64,000 nt of DNA from Escherichia phage ukendt: sequence record NC_052661.1; one strand, written 5' to 3'. Of the stretch, positions 7,847 through 16,100 are shown piece by piece. The notes under the pieces were generated by a model. The model was not told where the DNA came from. It searched no databases and was given only the letters and a program-made list of their open reading frames with translations. The translations under genes and the position numbers were made by a program. The first letter of the stretch is position 1. Every line of letters starts with the position of its first letter.

Positions 7847-8118
7847 ACACAACATTAAGAGCACTGTGATTGATCGTCGTATCCTGTGCACAAGGTCTGC
7901 TCGAAAGACAGTGTTCTTAGTATTGTGTTGATCACAAAAAGAGTCACCCGAAACTTGACCGGAGTAGGGTTGGATGGGGCAAAATGAGAAGCGGCTCTCC
8001 CATCGACAGCAACGAAGAATAATATTTGACTTTGGTTTTGTATTATTTAAGTTAGCTTACCGAACGTAGGGCTAGTCACCCAACGGGATACTCGTCACTG
8101 TCCCAATCAATAAAAGTC

Positions 8119-8148
8119 TTGACAACAAATAGTAAAATGTAGTATAGT
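8119..8148 (+). promoter_or_regulatory. sigma70-like promoter (TTGACA, 18 nt, TG-extended TATAGT)
   Basis: Exact -35 at 8119..8124 and TATAGT at 8143..8148; predicted start just upstream of tRNA-Gly. Confidence 0.55.
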
Positions 8149-8159
8149 AAAGATATAGG

Positions 8160-8233
8160 GCGTTCTTGGTGTAGCGGTAGCATTCCGTCCTTCCAAGTCG
8201 GCGGCACGAGTTCGATCCTCGTAGAACGCTCCA
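8160..8233 (+). tRNA. tRNA-Gly (anticodon TCC)
   Basis: Acceptor GCGTTCT/AGAACGC, anticodon loop CTTCCAA, T-arm ACGAG-TTCGATC-CTCGT, encoded CCA. Confidence 0.7.
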
Positions 8234-8330
8234 AATTATTTAATAAAGGGTTGCCAGAAAACTTTCTCTTTTACTCATGGTTTTCTCCTTCTCTCACACT
8301 TCTTCTGGTTGCCCTTCATTAAATGATTTT

Positions 8331-8406
8331 TGGTTTGTAGTGTAGTCCGGTAGCACACGACACTTTGACTGTCGTAGGTTTGGTTCAAATCCAGACAGAC
8401 CAGCCA
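8331..8406 (+). tRNA. tRNA-Gln (anticodon TTG)
   Basis: U1-A72 pair and G73 as in enterobacterial tRNA-Gln; anticodon arm CGACA-CTTTGAC-TGTCG; T-loop TTCAAAT; CCA. Confidence 0.7.
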
Positions 8407-8411
8407 TATAA

Positions 8412-8488
8412 CGGAATTTAGCTCAGTTTGGTAGAGTGTACGCTTTGGGAGCGTATTGTCGCAGGTTCGAATCCTGCAATTCCGACCA
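8412..8488 (+). tRNA. tRNA-Pro (anticodon TGG)
   Basis: Acceptor CGGAATT/AATTCCG, anticodon arm TACGC-TTTGGGA-GCGTA, T-arm GCAGG-TTCGAAT-CCTGC, CCA. Confidence 0.8.
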
Positions 8489-8494
8489 ATTAAA

Positions 8495-8568
8495 TGTTTC
8501 GTAGTTCAATGGTAGAACCCACGACTGATAATCGTGAGACACAAGTTCGATTCTTGTCGAAACAACCA
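8495..8568 (+). tRNA. tRNA-Ile (anticodon GAT)
   Basis: Acceptor TGTTTCG/CGAAACA, D-arm GTTC-AATGGTA-GAAC, anticodon arm CACGA-CTGATAA-TCGTG, T-arm ACAAG-TTCGATT-CTTGT, CCA. Confidence 0.8.
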
Positions 8569-8570
8569 GT

Positions 8571-8643
8571 TTCCCGTTAGACTTACAGGATAAGAGTTCC
8601 ACAGCTTATTGTGATGCTGGTTCGAATCCAGCACGGGATACAT
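8571..8643 (+). pseudogene. tRNA-like remnant (good T-arm, degenerate anticodon arm, no CCA)
   Basis: T-arm GCTGG-TTCGAAT-CCAGC and 6/7 acceptor pairing (TTCCCGT/ACGGGAT); no acceptable anticodon stem-loop. Confidence 0.25.
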
Positions 8644-8646
8644 AAT

Positions 8647-8725
8647 AGCGGGATAGAGGAGTCTGGTCGTCCTCGCCAGTTTCATATGCTGGAGATCATT
8701 GGTTCAAATCCGATTCCCGCCTCCA
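8647..8725 (+). tRNA. second CAT-anticodon tRNA (Met/initiator/Ile-lysidine), with a 1-72 mismatch
   Basis: Anticodon arm CCAGT-TTCATAT-GCTGG, T-loop TTCAAAT, acceptor AGCGGGA/TCCCGCC with an A1-C72 mismatch, CCA. Confidence 0.6.
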
Positions 8726-8840
8726 AATATCGCTTGCCAGCGGTATCTTTGAAGACCTTGCCTGGTTCCTTCTAAGATGGAGGGGTGCGACTCCTTAACG
8801 CACAATTATAATAAAGCATTTCAAATTAACAGTATTTATT

Positions 8841-8864
8841 AGCCTCCTTATTGGAGGCTTTTTG
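8841..8864 (+). terminator. rho-independent terminator closing the tRNA array
   Basis: AGCCTCC-TTATT-GGAGGCT hairpin followed by TTTTT. Confidence 0.7.
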
Positions 8865-8883
8865 CTATCTATTGAATAAAACT

Positions 8884-8911
8884 TGACTTATTATTTTTTA
8901 TATGTTAAGAT
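8884..8911 (+). promoter_or_regulatory. sigma70-like promoter (TTGACT, 16 nt, TG-extended TAAGAT)
   Basis: -35 at 8884..8889; TG at 8903..8904 then TAAGAT; AGGAGG RBS and ATG 8933 follow. Confidence 0.5.
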
Positions 8912-8932
8912 AAAGTTTAGGAGGATTTTATT

Positions 8933-9229
8933 ATGCCTAAACTAAAACGTGGTCGTGGAAGACCAACAGCCGAAATGCAACAGATCTACGCAATGGATGC
9001 GGCGCAAGCAAGTGTAAAAGAATTATTTGCAGAGCATTATTTAGAAGCTATGCGATATATTGTTGAACTTGTTAATGATAAGGATGCAGCAAAACCTCTC
9101 CGCTTCCAAGCAGCTAAAGCTATTAAAGAGCAAGTAGAAGAATGGTTAGAAGAACATTATGAAGCTATGGAAGAAGAAACCCCTGCCGTGCAGAATACAG
9201 ATGACGTTCCTAAAAAGATCGTAATCTAA
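8933..9229 (+). CDS. hypothetical protein; possible small terminase subunit / DNA-binding protein
   Basis: N-terminal KRGRGRP basic motif; first ORF of the module that contains the large terminase; AGGAGG RBS. Confidence 0.3.
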   Translation: MPKLKRGRGRPTAEMQQIYAMDAAQASVKELFAEHYLEAMRYIVELVNDKDAAKPLRFQAAKAIKEQVEEWLEEHYEAMEEETPAVQNTDDVPKKIVI

Positions 9230-9369
9230 TCCCTCTCCTCTCTTGGGGCTTTGCCCCTCCTCCTTGTTATTTTTAACACCCCTCTCCGAAAGGTTAGGGG
9301 CTTTTTTATTTTTAATGCTTGCAATTGTATATCATTTTGTGATAAGATCAGATATGAGGAGGATAAAAT

Positions 9370-9540
9370 ATGCGCAATTTTGTAGTTAAAAATGATTTTA
9401 ACCGTTCTTCTTATCATAAAGATAAAAAGAATGATTACACACGGGTTTGGAACTTGGAGGAAGAACTTTATGATGACAGAGAAGACTTGGGAAGAGATCC
9501 TAGCGGAGGCTCAACCAATGGAAGTGAAGAAGATAGTTAA
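9370..9540 (+). CDS. possible 56-aa ORF missing from the track
   Basis: ATG 9370 preceded by GAGGAGG; acidic product; overlaps the 9392..9607 track ORF in another frame, so at most one is real. Confidence 0.25.
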   Translation: MRNFVVKNDFNRSSYHKDKKNDYTRVWNLEEELYDDREDLGRDPSGGSTNGSEEDS

Positions 9541-9590
9541 CAACGCCCCTTCTCTTCCTAAAATAAAATTTTATGAGGAAGTAGAAGATA

Positions 9591-9983
9591 ATGAATCTAA
9601 AGACTAAAACTGTATTAAGTTTTGTTTTAATTGTTGTTCTTATTCTTGCCGGAATGTTTGCTTATAACAAGATACGTGAGTCTGGCTACAAAGATGGTGT
9701 TGCCTATCAAACGCAAGTATATCAAGCAGCCCAAGCAAAAGCAAAACAAGATTTCGATGTTCTTCAAAAAAGAGCGGATGAAGAAAGAGCATTATTAAAT
9801 ACTCAAATAAACAACTTGTCTAAAAACAATGCACAATTAAAAGCAGATTTAGAGAAGAAGAAACAAACGATCAATGAGGATACAACGAATTATGCAAAAA
9901 CTAATTCTGGCAGTATGTCTTGCTTTGCCCCTAATGATGACGGGTTGTTCATCATCAACAAAAGTTTCCCCAGTTCTTATTGA
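9591..9983 (+). CDS. i-spanin (Rz-like inner-membrane spanin)
   Basis: N-terminal transmembrane segment VLSFVLIVVLILAGMFAY followed by a long coiled-coil; overlapped by a lipoprotein ORF in another frame. Confidence 0.55.
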   Translation: MNLKTKTVLSFVLIVVLILAGMFAYNKIRESGYKDGVAYQTQVYQAAQAKAKQDFDVLQKRADEERALLNTQINNLSKNNAQLKADLEKKKQTINEDTTNYAKTNSGSMSCFAPNDDGLFIINKSFPSSY

Positions 9984-10218
9984 TGAGTGTAAGGCCGTAG
10001 CAATAGAAAAGGTTAAAGGTCCAGATTCGGACTTGATGGATAAAGTATCGACACCTGTGCCATACACTAAAAATCAAATTGCAAAAGGGGTTAGTAGATC
10101 TGAAGTTGTCAACAACCAAACTCAAAACAATGCTCTTTGGGAGCAAGATAGACGAAAGGTTTTAGGTTTACAAGCATATATTAAAACACTGCAAGAAAAA
10201 GGTATTATTGCTGAATAA
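9874..10218 (+). CDS. o-spanin (Rz1-like outer-membrane lipoprotein); start may be ATG 9892
   Basis: Signal sequence ending in lipobox-like LMMTG-C; begins inside the i-spanin gene in a different frame. Confidence 0.5.
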   Translation: MRIQRIMQKLILAVCLALPLMMTGCSSSTKVSPVLIDECKAVAIEKVKGPDSDLMDKVSTPVPYTKNQIAKGVSRSEVVNNQTQNNALWEQDRRKVLGLQAYIKTLQEKGIIAE

Positions 10219-10227
10219 GGAGGGAAT

Positions 10228-12303
10228 GTGGCAAAGAAAAAGGCAGCAGGTAGTTTAGCTGGAGTAGATATTGAAGTAAAGGCTCAACCAGGTAAACAGA
10301 CTCTTGCAATGGATTTAATGCCAGAAGTTATGATTTATGGTGGTGCCGCTGGATGTGTTTCTGCTGAAACGGAATATCTTACAAAAGATGGTTGGAGACA
10401 GATTAGTGAATATTCGGGAGAAGATATTTACCAATACAACCCTAAGAATAAGCGTTTAGAATTGGTAACACCTTACTTTGTAGAATACGATTTAAATGGA
10501 GATAATCTATACAGAATAACAAATGGTGTAGGATTGTTCCAAGAACTTAGTATGGAACACCGTTTTGTATTCTATAAGAAAAAGAAATCAAAGAAACATT
10601 TCGAGATTCTTGTAGGAGATCTTATTGCATTACAGCAAATAGGAAAACCCCTGCAAGGTTATGTAGAAAATCCATTCGGTAAACGTGTTCCTTTTAACAT
10701 ACCTGGTAAAAAGAGCACTTACTTAAAAATACACGAGGTTATTTCAACAGATGATAAGAAATATTGTTTTGAGACTCCAAGCAGCTATATTGTCTTTAGA
10801 CGTGGCGATCACTGCTTCGTTACTGGGAATAGCGGCAAGTCTCGTCTGCTATTGCTGAAAGCTTTAAAATACGCCTACAAAGACCCTTTGTTTGGTGGAA
10901 TACTTTTCCGTAAGAACACCACTGCTCACCGTAAACCAGGTGGTCTGTTTACAGAAGCAAAACGTTTGTATCTTCCTTTACAACCGCACGTAAAAGAAAG
11001 TACAATGGATATCATTTTTGAAGCCACTGGCGGTGGAACCCTCAAATTTGACCATTTGGAAAACGATAACGTAACCGCAGAAACAAACCATCAGGGTACA
11101 CAGTATTCAATGGTAGGTTTTGACGAGTTAACCCACTTCACACAGTATGAAATGCTCTATCTTCTGGGACGTATGCGTTCAGAATCAGAAACAAGCTTCA
11201 TGTTGTGCACATGTAACCCCGATGCAGATAGTTGGGTTTTGAATTGGGTACTACCTTATCTCGATGAGGGCGGTTATCCTAGAGAAGATATGTGTGGTAA
11301 ACAAAAATATTTCATCATTGTTAACGATGAACCTGTTTTTGCTGACACACCTGAAGAACTGAAAGAAAAATATCCAGAAAACTGTTTCATGGAAAACCCT
11401 AATACAGGGGAGACAGTTATTATTGAACCACAAACTTTCGTATTTATCGGTGGGACAATATTTGATAACCCAGAATTGATTAGGCTTAACCCTAATTATT
11501 TAGCACAGCTTAAATCACAAACAGCAATCAAAAGAGCACAACTCTTGGACGGCTGTTGGTTTGCACGTATACAGAAAGAGTCTTTCTTCCAACGTGAATG
11601 GTTGCATAAGATATCTTATAAAGATGTTCCTAATAATCTTAAACTAATGCGAGCATGGGATAAAGCTGTTTCAGTTCCTACAGAAACTTATCGTTATCCA
11701 GACTATACAACATCTGTCAAAATGGGTAAAGACCAAGATGGTAATATCTACATCTTTGGTGACTATGATTATGATGCTGTGGATGAGAAAAGTAAAATTT
11801 TCGGAAGGTTTCGAAGATTACCTGGGGAAAGGGATAACCTGATTCTAAATCAATGTAAGATTGATGGACCAGAAGTTACAGTAGTTCTTCCTAAAGACCC
11901 ATCTGGTGCTGGGACAATAGAATATACAGAGTCTGCAAAGAAACTTATTCTAGAGGGTTTTGTTGTTAAACCGGATGCTATGCCAGGTAACAAGAAAAAG
12001 CTTCAGCGTTTTATGCCTTTTAGTAGTGCGTGTCAAAACGGTTTTGTTTATATTGTTGAAGATTCTTTCCCTAATGTGGAAACTTTAACCCACTTTTATA
12101 AAGAATTGGAATCTTTCAATGGTGAAAGATCTACAGCCACTATTAAAGATGACATTCCCGATGCTGCTGCTTCTTGTTTCAATACTCTGTCAAAAGAGAA
12201 TACTTTCAAAGCAGTAGCTATCCCTGCAACAACAAATGCTCCTACAGGATACAGTAGAATGAACAGCGGATTTCACCAACCGTATAGTGTCCGTAAAAGA
12301 TAA
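10228..12303 (+). CDS. terL: terminase large subunit, interrupted by an in-frame intein
   Basis: GTG start after AAGGAGGG RBS; Walker A reconstituted as GAAGSGKS once residues 43-201 are removed; Walker B MVGFDEL; nuclease-like C-terminal half. Confidence 0.85.
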   Translation: MAKKKAAGSLAGVDIEVKAQPGKQTLAMDLMPEVMIYGGAAGCVSAETEYLTKDGWRQISEYSGEDIYQYNPKNKRLELVTPYFVEYDLNGDNLYRITNGVGLFQELSMEHRFVFYKKKKSKKHFEILVGDLIALQQIGKPLQGYVENPFGKRVPFNIPGKKSTYLKIHEVISTDDKKYCFETPSSYIVFRRGDHCFVTGNSGKSRLLLLKALKYAYKDPLFGGILFRKNTTAHRKPGGLFTEAKRLYLPLQPHVKESTMDIIFEATGGGTLKFDHLENDNVTAETNHQGTQYSMVGFDELTHFTQYEMLYLLGRMRSESETSFMLCTCNPDADSWVLNWVLPYLDEGGYPREDMCGKQKYFIIVNDEPVFADTPEELKEKYPENCFMENPNTGETVIIEPQTFVFIGGTIFDNPELIRLNPNYLAQLKSQTAIKRAQLLDGCWFARIQKESFFQREWLHKISYKDVPNNLKLMRAWDKAVSVPTETYRYPDYTTSVKMGKDQDGNIYIFGDYDYDAVDEKSKIFGRFRRLPGERDNLILNQCKIDGPEVTVVLPKDPSGAGTIEYTESAKKLILEGFVVKPDAMPGNKKKLQRFMPFSSACQNGFVYIVEDSFPNVETLTHFYKELESFNGERSTATIKDDIPDAAASCFNTLSKENTFKAVAIPATTNAPTGYSRMNSGFHQPYSVRKR
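10354..10830 (+). mobile_element. mini-intein (159 aa) inserted in the terminase P-loop
   Basis: Begins with Cys43 (CVSAETEYLTKDGW), S-x-x-H block (SMEH), ends ...HCFVTGN followed by Ser; no endonuclease-sized domain. Confidence 0.75.
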
Positions 12304-12306
12304 TTG

Positions 12307-12336
12307 TTGACAAAAGTCACTTTAAAGTGTATTATA
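12307..12336 (+). promoter_or_regulatory. sigma70-like promoter (TTGACA, 17 nt, TATTAT with upstream TG)
   Basis: Exact -35 at 12307..12312 and TATTAT at 12330..12335, between terminase and portal genes. Confidence 0.5.
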
Positions 12337-12404
12337 ACTAGATAGGTGAGGTTGTATATAATACAGCCTTGCCTTAACGATTTTATACCTGACTGGAGGA
12401 ACAA

Positions 12405-13970
12405 GTGTCAACAGGAAAAAGAACGTACACTAAAAAGTCAGAATACTGGGACAAAGGTGCTGCAAATAAAGCTGCTCTCTCTCCAACAAAAGAGGCAGAG
12501 AAAGAGAAAACGTTACTCCTGTCACCTGAAATAGGAACGATCGGATTAAACTCAATCAAAGCATTTACGAATTTCATGCAACCTTATGAGACTCGTTTCC
12601 CAGAATGTATTCGCACTTTTAAAGAGATGGGTGAAGACCCTGATGTAGCTACTGCTCTTGACGCTACATATATCTTTGTAGATAGAGCATTCTTTGATTT
12701 CAAGATAAAATACAATGTAAACTCGGCAAAGTCAAGAAAAGCTGCTAAGTTTATTGATTACATGTTACGCAATATGCAAGCCCCTCTACGTCAATATGTT
12801 AGATCACTTTTGACATATAAGCAATATGGTTTTGCATTCGCAGAGAAAGTTTATGAGTTGGATGAAGATCCTAAAAGTCCTTACTTTGGGTATTGGCGAT
12901 TGACCAAACTGGCTTTTAGACCACAAGACACTCTTCACATGGCTCAACCTTTTACATATTCGGCAGACGGACGTTCTATTCTATCTGTTAACCAGAATAT
13001 CACCAATACGATGTTAGCTCCAGGTAATACAACTTTAGAAACTGGTATTAAAGAAATTCCTTTCAGTAAAGTTTTATTTGTTGGTAGTAACATTACAGAG
13101 AATAACCCACTAGGAGTTAGTCCGCTTTTAGCTGTATATCGTAGCTGGCGTGAAAAATCTCTTATTCAGGAATTTGAGGTTATTGGGGTATCTAAAGATT
13201 TAGGTGGTATGCCAGTTCTTAAGGTTCCAAGTGACATTCTAAACAGAGCATCTTTAGATCCTGCTGGGGATGAAGCACAATCTCTTCGAGTTCTCCAAGC
13301 CAACATCGCTAACCTGCACTCTGGTGAGCAAGCCTACATGGTATTGCCTTCAGACGTTTATGAAGGCACAGTGATGCGTCAATACGATCTTGTATTCCAA
13401 GGTGTTGATGGCACGGGTAAACAGTTTGACACTCAAGCACTAATCAAACAACGCAAGCTAGATATTTATAACCGCTTTGGTGCGGGTGTGTTGATTATGG
13501 GTGATGGTGATGCAGGAAGTTTTGCGCTTTCTGACAACAAACAAACACTATTGTCTCATTTTATTGAGCGAGATGTAGATATTGTTGTAGAAGCTATAAA
13601 CTCTCAACTGATCCCTCAAACACTACGACTAAACAATATCTTCCTTTCTGATGAAGATATGCCTAAGTTTGTCAGTGGTGAAATGGGTGATCCTGATATT
13701 GAAGTAAATGCTAAAGCTATTCAGCAGTTGGTAGCCTCTGGTGCAATACCTTTAACACCAGAAGTTATTAACGAGTTCCTTGAAAAAATTGGTTTTGAAT
13801 ATCGTATCCCTGACGATATTGTTGCCAATAAAGAGAAATTCTTTGAATTCATGGATAACTACATGCCTGACAAAACTTCACGATCAGGAGATGGTTTAGC
13901 TACAGCGGGAACTGGAACGTCTGATACTGTTTCTGCTTTAGATCCTTCAGCACAAAACCTGTCGAATTAA
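12405..13970 (+). CDS. portal protein
   Basis: 521-aa ORF immediately after large terminase; GTG start with GGAGGA RBS; call is by position and size only. Confidence 0.55.
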   Translation: MSTGKRTYTKKSEYWDKGAANKAALSPTKEAEKEKTLLLSPEIGTIGLNSIKAFTNFMQPYETRFPECIRTFKEMGEDPDVATALDATYIFVDRAFFDFKIKYNVNSAKSRKAAKFIDYMLRNMQAPLRQYVRSLLTYKQYGFAFAEKVYELDEDPKSPYFGYWRLTKLAFRPQDTLHMAQPFTYSADGRSILSVNQNITNTMLAPGNTTLETGIKEIPFSKVLFVGSNITENNPLGVSPLLAVYRSWREKSLIQEFEVIGVSKDLGGMPVLKVPSDILNRASLDPAGDEAQSLRVLQANIANLHSGEQAYMVLPSDVYEGTVMRQYDLVFQGVDGTGKQFDTQALIKQRKLDIYNRFGAGVLIMGDGDAGSFALSDNKQTLLSHFIERDVDIVVEAINSQLIPQTLRLNNIFLSDEDMPKFVSGEMGDPDIEVNAKAIQQLVASGAIPLTPEVINEFLEKIGFEYRIPDDIVANKEKFFEFMDNYMPDKTSRSGDGLATAGTGTSDTVSALDPSAQNLSN

Positions 13971-13998
13971 AAATATTTAATATTTTTTAATTTTTCTA

Positions 13999-14027
13999 TT
14001 GACAAAACAACAAATATCCTGTAGACT
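13999..14027 (+). promoter_or_regulatory. sigma70-like promoter (TTGACA, 17 nt, TG-extended TAGACT)
   Basis: Exact -35 at 13999..14004 in the AT-rich spacer after the portal gene. Confidence 0.45.
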
Positions 14028-14063
14028 AAGATTTATGGGATATCTGTTTTTAAGAGGTTTCAA

Positions 14064-14543
14064 ATGGAACTCAATAAAGATACACTGTGGGAACTCTTCA
14101 AAACCTTCGCTGGTTTTAAAGAGAATTCTGAATCCCAACAAGATTCTATACCATCTCAAAAACCTGAAACTCTAGTCAAACAAAATAAATTTGATGAAGA
14201 AAAGATGCAGGTTATTGAGGTCTTGTATTGTCCACCTGAAGAAGACGATCTCCACGGAGAGCGCATGTCTGATTTGGAAATCAGGAAGATGGTTGACAAC
14301 TTCAATGAGAATATTACCAATATTAGTGGTAATCTTGGTCACATGAAGAACACCGATAAGTTTTCTCCAATTAAAGCTTGGGTAAATGAAGTCGATTGTT
14401 ACATTGGTGACGAACTCGTTGTGGAAGGAACTCCCCTCGTTAAAATCCAATTCAACGACCCTGAATTATATCAAGCTCGTAAAGACGGCGTTCTTAAAGG
14501 TTTGAGTATAGGCGCAATGGGCGTTAAAGTCAAGAAGGACTAA
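14064..14543 (+). CDS. hypothetical head-morphogenesis protein
   Basis: 159-aa acidic ORF between portal and scaffold genes. Confidence 0.3.
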   Translation: MELNKDTLWELFKTFAGFKENSESQQDSIPSQKPETLVKQNKFDEEKMQVIEVLYCPPEEDDLHGERMSDLEIRKMVDNFNENITNISGNLGHMKNTDKFSPIKAWVNEVDCYIGDELVVEGTPLVKIQFNDPELYQARKDGVLKGLSIGAMGVKVKKD

Positions 14544-14545
14544 TC

Positions 14546-15661
14546 GTGGCAAATACATATTTAACTAACGTAGACTTTTCTGGAAAAGCTACGGAAGAGT
14601 CACTAGGTGCTCATATTGCTTACACTTTTGATTTTCAAGGTGGAGCGGCATCTGGTTATAATACCCCCCTTTTATTTAAGTCAGACGGATCTCCAGACAT
14701 AACTTTTGAAAAGTTAGAAGCTCTCACTAAAATGGGAGAAGATGTTACAGAGTTACGTAAAAGCTATATTCAACAAGTGATGGATCGCATTTCTGAAAAA
14801 GTGCGTGAAAAATTTGAAGCTGGTTGGGATTGGGTTTACGTTATTGATGCTGACTTCGATGCGAACGTTGCAATTTTCTGTTCAGATAACGGTATGTTCT
14901 CTGTTGGCTTTAAAGTTGACGGACTGAATATTGAAGTTGAAGAGGTTGCTAAACCTGTTGTTCGTGTTACTGATTATCAAGTTGTTGATGGTGATGTAAT
15001 GATCTCCATTGATTTCTTTGAGGACGTTTTAGACGATGCTTTGAGTAATCTCGTTAAGAGTTCCTTGAAACAAAGTCAAGTTAAAGATTATTTAGTGAAA
15101 GCTCACGCTAAAGCTAATACAAACTCTGTGGATGCAGAGGCTAACCCCGCAGGTGATAAATCTGCAAACACAACTGGAATCAATAAAGGAGAAACCCCTT
15201 TGGAAAATATCAACAAAGAAGAATTCCTGAAATCTGCTGAATTCCAAGAACTGATGAAAGCACAAATCGCTGAAGCTGTAGAAAAAGCAGCCGCAGATGC
15301 ACGTGCAGCCGCAGAACTTGAAGCACAGGAAAAAATCGCTAAGGCAGAACAGGAAGCAGAAGAACTTCGTAAAGCTGAACAAGCTCGTATCGAAGAAGAA
15401 TATACAACTGTTGTTAAATCCTATTCTTTCGTAGAAGAAGACAAAGTTGAAGCTCTCGTTAAATATCTGGTAGACAATAAAGATATCGCTGAAACTATCG
15501 TCAAAGCATTCGAAAAAGCACGTGCAGAAGTGGACGCAGTTAAGAAAGAATTTGGAACAGAACGTGGTGTTGACGTGATCAATACTCAACCTGTAGCTAA
15601 ATCTTCTTCTGAACTGATTAGTCAGAAAGCTGCTGAACTTAAAAAAGCCCAGAAACAATAA
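14546..15661 (+). CDS. prohead scaffolding protein (possibly with an N-terminal processing domain)
   Basis: GTG start overlapping upstream stop; C-terminal half is an Ala/Glu/Lys-rich coiled-coil; sits directly upstream of decoration and capsid genes. Confidence 0.5.
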   Translation: MANTYLTNVDFSGKATEESLGAHIAYTFDFQGGAASGYNTPLLFKSDGSPDITFEKLEALTKMGEDVTELRKSYIQQVMDRISEKVREKFEAGWDWVYVIDADFDANVAIFCSDNGMFSVGFKVDGLNIEVEEVAKPVVRVTDYQVVDGDVMISIDFFEDVLDDALSNLVKSSLKQSQVKDYLVKAHAKANTNSVDAEANPAGDKSANTTGINKGETPLENINKEEFLKSAEFQELMKAQIAEAVEKAAADARAAAELEAQEKIAKAEQEAEELRKAEQARIEEEYTTVVKSYSFVEEDKVEALVKYLVDNKDIAETIVKAFEKARAEVDAVKKEFGTERGVDVINTQPVAKSSSELISQKAAELKKAQKQ

Positions 15662-15680
15662 TCTTAGGAGATTAAATTAA

Positions 15681-16079
15681 ATGGCTAAAGGAATTACTTT
15701 ATCTAACTCTCGCCAGGAATTCGGACACCTGGTTCTGGGTGGAGTGTTTAGCTCTGACCTTGGACACTGTGTACGTGAAGTTAACCTGGTTAAAACAGCA
15801 ACCATGAAAATTGGTTCTATCCTGAAAGCTGACAACACTGAAGCTGCTAAAGCTGAAGCTGCCGATGCTGCTAAAGTTCTGATTTGGACTGATGCTCTGT
15901 TCGGTATTGACGATGTAGCAGTAGGTGACACTTTCACCGCAGTTGTTGGCGTACGTGATCTTACTCTGAACCGCTTTGCAGTATACTACAAAGATGGCTC
16001 CCTGGTAGATGACGCTGGCGTAGCAGCACTGGAAACACATGATCTGAAACTGACCGAAAAAGTCGTTTTCACTTCTTAA
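15681..16079 (+). CDS. head decoration protein (tentative)
   Basis: 132-aa ORF immediately upstream of the major capsid gene; shares its host-optimal codon usage. Confidence 0.4.
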   Translation: MAKGITLSNSRQEFGHLVLGGVFSSDLGHCVREVNLVKTATMKIGSILKADNTEAAKAEAADAAKVLIWTDALFGIDDVAVGDTFTAVVGVRDLTLNRFAVYYKDGSLVDDAGVAALETHDLKLTEKVVFTS

Positions 16080-16100
16080 TTTTAATAGGAGATTAATATA

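Noticed and set aside
8234-8330. Spacer between tRNA-Gly and tRNA-Gln as a possible additional tRNA
   Set aside because: Pyrimidine-rich sequence with no acceptor/T-arm pairing; only short inverted repeats (CCAGAA / TTCTGG).
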